IMG/VR virus record: IMGVR_UViG_3300044648_000427
Length of the DNA: 64,000 bases
Strand: one strand, 5' to 3'
Source of the DNA: a virus
This document shows, piece by piece, positions 60,351 to 64,000 of this stretch. Below the pieces are notes generated by a model. That model made no database searches. It was not told the origin of the DNA and was given only the letters and a program-made list of their open reading frames with translations. The stretch's first letter is position 1; every line of letters starts with the position of its first letter. The position numbers and the translations under genes are program-made.

Positions 60351-61083
60351 TCATTTTAACAATTCCTCCAAATATTCAATCATATATTCAAAATGTTCAT
60401 AACCCGAATAGACTAATTTTCCACCCTGTTTTTCATCTTCATACCCTAATTCTTTTTGTTCTTCTCTTAATTCTTTAATCATTTCTTTTATTTTATTTTC
60501 TAATTGATTCATCTTACCAATTCTCCTATACATAAAATTTCTTCTAAACATCAAGTTCGTTAGATTTCAAGTTTGTAGTATTTCAAATTATCTGCACTCC
60601 TAAACATTTAAGATTTTCTACAACTCTATTTTTATGCCACTCAAAATCTTCCTTTGACATTCTTTTTCCGTAATATTTACCCCTTGCATAAGTTATGGAA
60701 ATGTCGTTATCATAAACTACACCAGTAGTATTTTCTGGAGTAATTTCCAAAGATAAATACTCATTTCCTACTTTATATTGTAAAACTGCTGATTTATCCC
60801 AATGCAAATAATTAGAGACTGTGTGCATAGTTTTAATCATTGTATGAATATATTCAATAGACATTTTTATATAACTATAATCCTCTTTGCACATACATTG
60901 AAAGCATTTAGGATTTTGCCTAAATTCATCCTCAATTATATTAAATAATCTTATAGATTTATAGAGAGATTTTCCACCATCATAAACGTCCATTTCACAT
61001 TTTACACATTCATAGTTATAAGTGTCTGTAGAAGGAAAATAATGTAGTCTCTTACTGCGTTTAAATGGTTTGAATTGACTCAT
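60351..61083 (-). other. Two hypothetical proteins (60351-60554, Zn-finger 60583-61083)
   Basis: ORF track; CVKC..CFQC in the second. Confidence 0.5.
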
Positions 61084-61337
61084 TTAAAAATTACCCTCTC
61101 GTAGTTATGCCATTCACTTTTTGGAACTTCGTAAATATCTGGACTATTCAATAGTTCATGTTTATATACACTTCCAAACTCATTTTCGATTCCTTCGACA
61201 AAAGCTTCCCATATATTTGTTGTTTTGGTTTGCTTAGTCACGAACCATCGCCAACCCGTAGTCGATTCGAATATACTTAATATTTTTTTCTGTTTTCCGT
61301 ATAAGTCAATATATGCTGTTTTTTCGTTTTCACTCAT
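61080..61337 (-). CDS. DUF2958-like protein
   Basis: F....GW.WFVT.......AFVEG.E.EFG.V...EL. Confidence 0.6.
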   Translation of the reverse strand: MSENEKTAYIDLYGKQKKILSIFESTTGWRWFVTKQTKTTNIWEAFVEGIENEFGSVYKHELLNSPDIYEVPKSEWHNYERVIFK

Positions 61338-61368
61338 AAAAGTAATTGGTGAGTAGGTAATATAAAGG

Positions 61369-61560
61369 TTACTCGATATGAATATTTTCCTTACTCAAAT
61401 CTATCATTATCCTTAATCTTTTACAATCACATTTAGTCAAAGGTGAAAGATCAGAATTAGTGTGCGTATGTCCATCATTGTTGGGTATTAATTCTTGACA
61501 AGAACTTGTATGAGAATGTGCTGCATGACCACATAAACAGATCCTTAATGTATATTCCAT
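61369..61560 (-). CDS. Small Cys/His Zn-binding protein
   Basis: CLCGH...H...C....CDC. Confidence 0.55.
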   Translation of the reverse strand: MEYTLRICLCGHAAHSHTSSCQELIPNNDGHTHTNSDLSPLTKCDCKRLRIMIDLSKENIHIE

Positions 61561-61592
61561 AAAAAAAAGTTAGTTAGTAAGTAATATAAAGG

Positions 61593-62207
61593 TTATGGAA
61601 TTTTATCTAAATATGATATTGCGTTAAACAAATTATGTTTATTATCTTTGAAAAAACCTAAACCATTATTACAACTATTACATAGTATTCCTCTTACTTT
61701 ACCAGTTTTATGATCATGATCTACATGAGGTTTTATTAATATTTTATAACATATGGCACATTCATTATTTTGAATTTCTAATAGTTGTTTATATTCTTTA
61801 TTAGTTAGATTATATCTATGTTTTAAATACCATTCTTTATTATGATTTGGATTATTTTCTTTCCATCTTTTTAATACTTCAGGATGATCTTTATTATATT
61901 TTTTATGACGTTTACTTTCCTTTTCTCTATTTCTTTCACGATAATTTTTATCACTCTTTTGTTTTTTTTCAGGATTTTCTTTTCTCCATTTAATTCTTTG
62001 TTTCTTTAACTTTTCCGAGTTATTTTTATGATATTCTTTGTCATATTCTTTTTTCCGTTCCTTGTTTATTTTATGATATTCTTTACGATATTCTTGTAAT
62101 TTAATTTTATTTCTTTCACAATATTCTTTATAATACTTTCTTATTTTATCCTTATTACTTTGATAATATATTTTATCATATTCCTTTTTCTTATCCTTAA
62201 CATTCAA
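61593..62207 (-). CDS. Endonuclease VII-domain homing endonuclease
   Basis: Q...CAIC, HVDHDH.TGKVRG.LC..CN.GLG.FKDN; Lys-rich N-terminal repeats. Confidence 0.85.
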   Translation of the reverse strand: MNVKDKKKEYDKIYYQSNKDKIRKYYKEYCERNKIKLQEYRKEYHKINKERKKEYDKEYHKNNSEKLKKQRIKWRKENPEKKQKSDKNYRERNREKESKRHKKYNKDHPEVLKRWKENNPNHNKEWYLKHRYNLTNKEYKQLLEIQNNECAICYKILIKPHVDHDHKTGKVRGILCNSCNNGLGFFKDNKHNLFNAISYLDKIP

Positions 62208-62237
62208 TTATAAATAAAAAAATAAAAAAAATGAAAC

Positions 62238-62381
62238 TTATAAAGTTATCGGATCTTCCATAATTTCACCTAGTATTATTGATTTACATCGTAAACATTT
62301 GTATTTTTGAATTTTTCCTTTTCTGTTATAATGAAAACCTGCTCTCTGGGTTTTAGGATTTCCACATTTTTTGCACTTCAA
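62238..62381 (-). CDS. 47-aa Zn-ribbon protein (not in ORF track)
   Basis: CKKC.......G.......IQKYKCLRC. Confidence 0.55.
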   Translation of the reverse strand: MKCKKCGNPKTQRAGFHYNRKGKIQKYKCLRCKSIILGEIMEDPITL

Positions 62382-63928
62382 GGTCTTTCATCCTCAACGA
62401 TAACTTCATGATATTTGTCATTATCAAACTTTTCAATTAAACTAATTATCTTGTCAGCTACTTTAGTTGAATCACCTTCGAGATAACATGAATCATAATC
62501 ATCTTGCATTACACTGAAAGAATTATCTAACAGTGTAATTAATTCGTTCCTAAAAGCTAGGAACTTTTTGACTTCTGGACTGATCAATGTATTCCATCCT
62601 CTTCTAAAATATCTCTTAAAGTATTTGTAGCCCATTCCATAGCCCTTTTTTGTGTTTTTGCGTGTCTATCTCCACCTAAATAGGATTCAAAAAACGATTC
62701 ATAACTTTCCCTTTCATCTTCTGGAGGATATAATATTTTATATTCATATCCTCCATATTCATCTTTAACTTCAAATACTGTAACTTCATAATCTCCATAT
62801 TCTGCTTTCATTACACTTTGTTCATCATATCCCCCACTATTTTCATCTTTATTTGCACAAAATACAGTTTCCGTATCTTCATACCATCCTAATTCGAATT
62901 TTTTTATTTTCTGACTCATTTTAATATTCCCATCCTTTTTCATTATATCTATCGACTTGTTTCTCACTTTTTAAGAAAAAATCATCATATTCTATCGCAA
63001 TTTTATGATCATCTGTTAATTTTTTATGAATAAAATCTAAGGCTTCATCTGCTGAATTGCAATAAGCTAAATCCTTCTTTTTGCCCAAGTTATAGTATAC
63101 TGTAAAAAAGTTACTTTCATCAAGTAAATCATCTATTCCTAACTTGTATTGTATTATTCTCATAGCTTCCCATTTATTCATTTTAACAATCTACCTCTTT
63201 CCATAATGTATGTATGTATGTATGGGTTATATATAGTTATCATTCACCATTCCCATTTTTTGAAGTGAAACAATTTTTACAAATCAAATTACCATTAAGA
63301 ATTGTATATTCATCTATTCTATATCCACAACTTGAACAAAATACATTCATTTCAGCATTTCCTTAATTTTCTTTATAAGTGTCATATCTACTGGTTTATC
63401 GTGATTCAAGTATATATCATCAAGCTTAGCATTAATCAGTAATAATAATTGTTCAGTTAATCCACTAACTGTAGTTTGATCATAAAACCTAAACTTATGG
63501 ATAAGCTCAAAAATTTCTTTATATAAAAGACTACTCAACTTTCAAACCCTCCCTGCCTAACTTGATTTTCTTGAAACTCTTTGACTTCGCTAATGTAAAT
63601 ATCTATAAGTTTATACTTTGTAAGACAAAAATTATAGTATTCTTTTGCAGCTTGATAATCTTCGAAGGCTTTAGTTGTTATACTTTCAATAACTATCTCG
63701 GTTACGAAAAATTTAAACTTCATTTTCTTCCAACCCAAAATCCGTATACTCTTCACTCTCAAAATCACACTCATTACAGAAATAAATATATGAATCTCCA
63801 TGAAGTTTATCTTCGGTTTCTTCAATTTTAAACCATCCATTTTTATACGCTTGTGTAATATGTTTCGTTACTATCGCAGACCTTCTTATTTCGTTTGAAT
63901 CACATTCAGGACAAGTAACAACGTTCAA
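62378..63928 (-). other. Cluster of small leftward genes (62378-62635, 62584-62967, 62921-63181, 63347-63538, 63535-63840, 63713-63928)
   Basis: ORF track; true starts are probably downstream ATGs at the overlaps. Confidence 0.5.
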
Positions 63929-64000
63929 TCGTATACACTCCTATAGTCAATTTACCATATCCTCACTATGTTCATACCCACACGATAAACATCTATAAGT

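Larger units (their letters stand above)
57597..61592 (-). promoter_or_regulatory. Repeated class-I promoters: BRE + TTTATAT + (T/A)AC(C/T)-AACT-rich spacer, start codon about 29-31 nt after the TATA start
   Basis: Copies upstream of starts at 57596, 58492, 58780, 60186, 61337 and 61560 (minus), and 58857 and 32631 (plus). Confidence 0.75.

Noticed and set aside
57925-62381. IS1 InsA-like Zn ribbons (57925-58137, 62238-62381) as insertion sequences
   Set aside because: No DDE transposase, terminal inverted repeats or target duplication seen.

Overview
The window is a 64-kb, AT-rich segment of a large tailed dsDNA virus (Caudoviricetes-type) that almost certainly infects an archaeon. Most independently transcribed genes have an archaeal BRE/TATA promoter about 30 nt before the start codon, implying leaderless mRNAs. 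The class II RNR insert and the PKD/metallophosphoesterase/lectin domain repertoire point by recall to Nitrososphaerota (soil ammonia-oxidising archaea); that host assignment is inference. Layout: (1) 1-19.7 kb, tail module with a 5'-truncated tape measure protein, baseplate/tail proteins, a LamG adhesin and a giant enzyme-bearing appendage protein, interrupted by a LAGLIDADG/Nmad1 island; (2) 20-29.7 kb, a second set of PKD/phosphoesterase/secreted/membrane proteins plus a dimeric dUTPase; (3) 29.8-46.2 kb, replication and nucleotide metabolism (AAA+ helicase-like ATPase, XPD/DinG helicase, thermonuclease, HNH, intein-containing NrdJ, ParB, AbrB regulators) with arrays of Zn-finger microproteins and candidate ncRNAs; (4) 50.4-64 kb, mostly leftward small early-type genes, with NT5C, an AAA ATPase and two homing endonucleases. 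No rRNA, canonical tRNA, CRISPR array, integrase, capsid or terminase genes were seen. The most interesting signals are a domain-shuffled family of phosphoesterase/lectin appendage proteins (including a nested split PKD domain and a possible invertible tip), a second TAGTT promoter class in front of structural genes, three promoter-driven structured ncRNA candidates, and apparent CCWGG/GGWCC avoidance. All family assignments come from motif recognition by eye, not from database searches.
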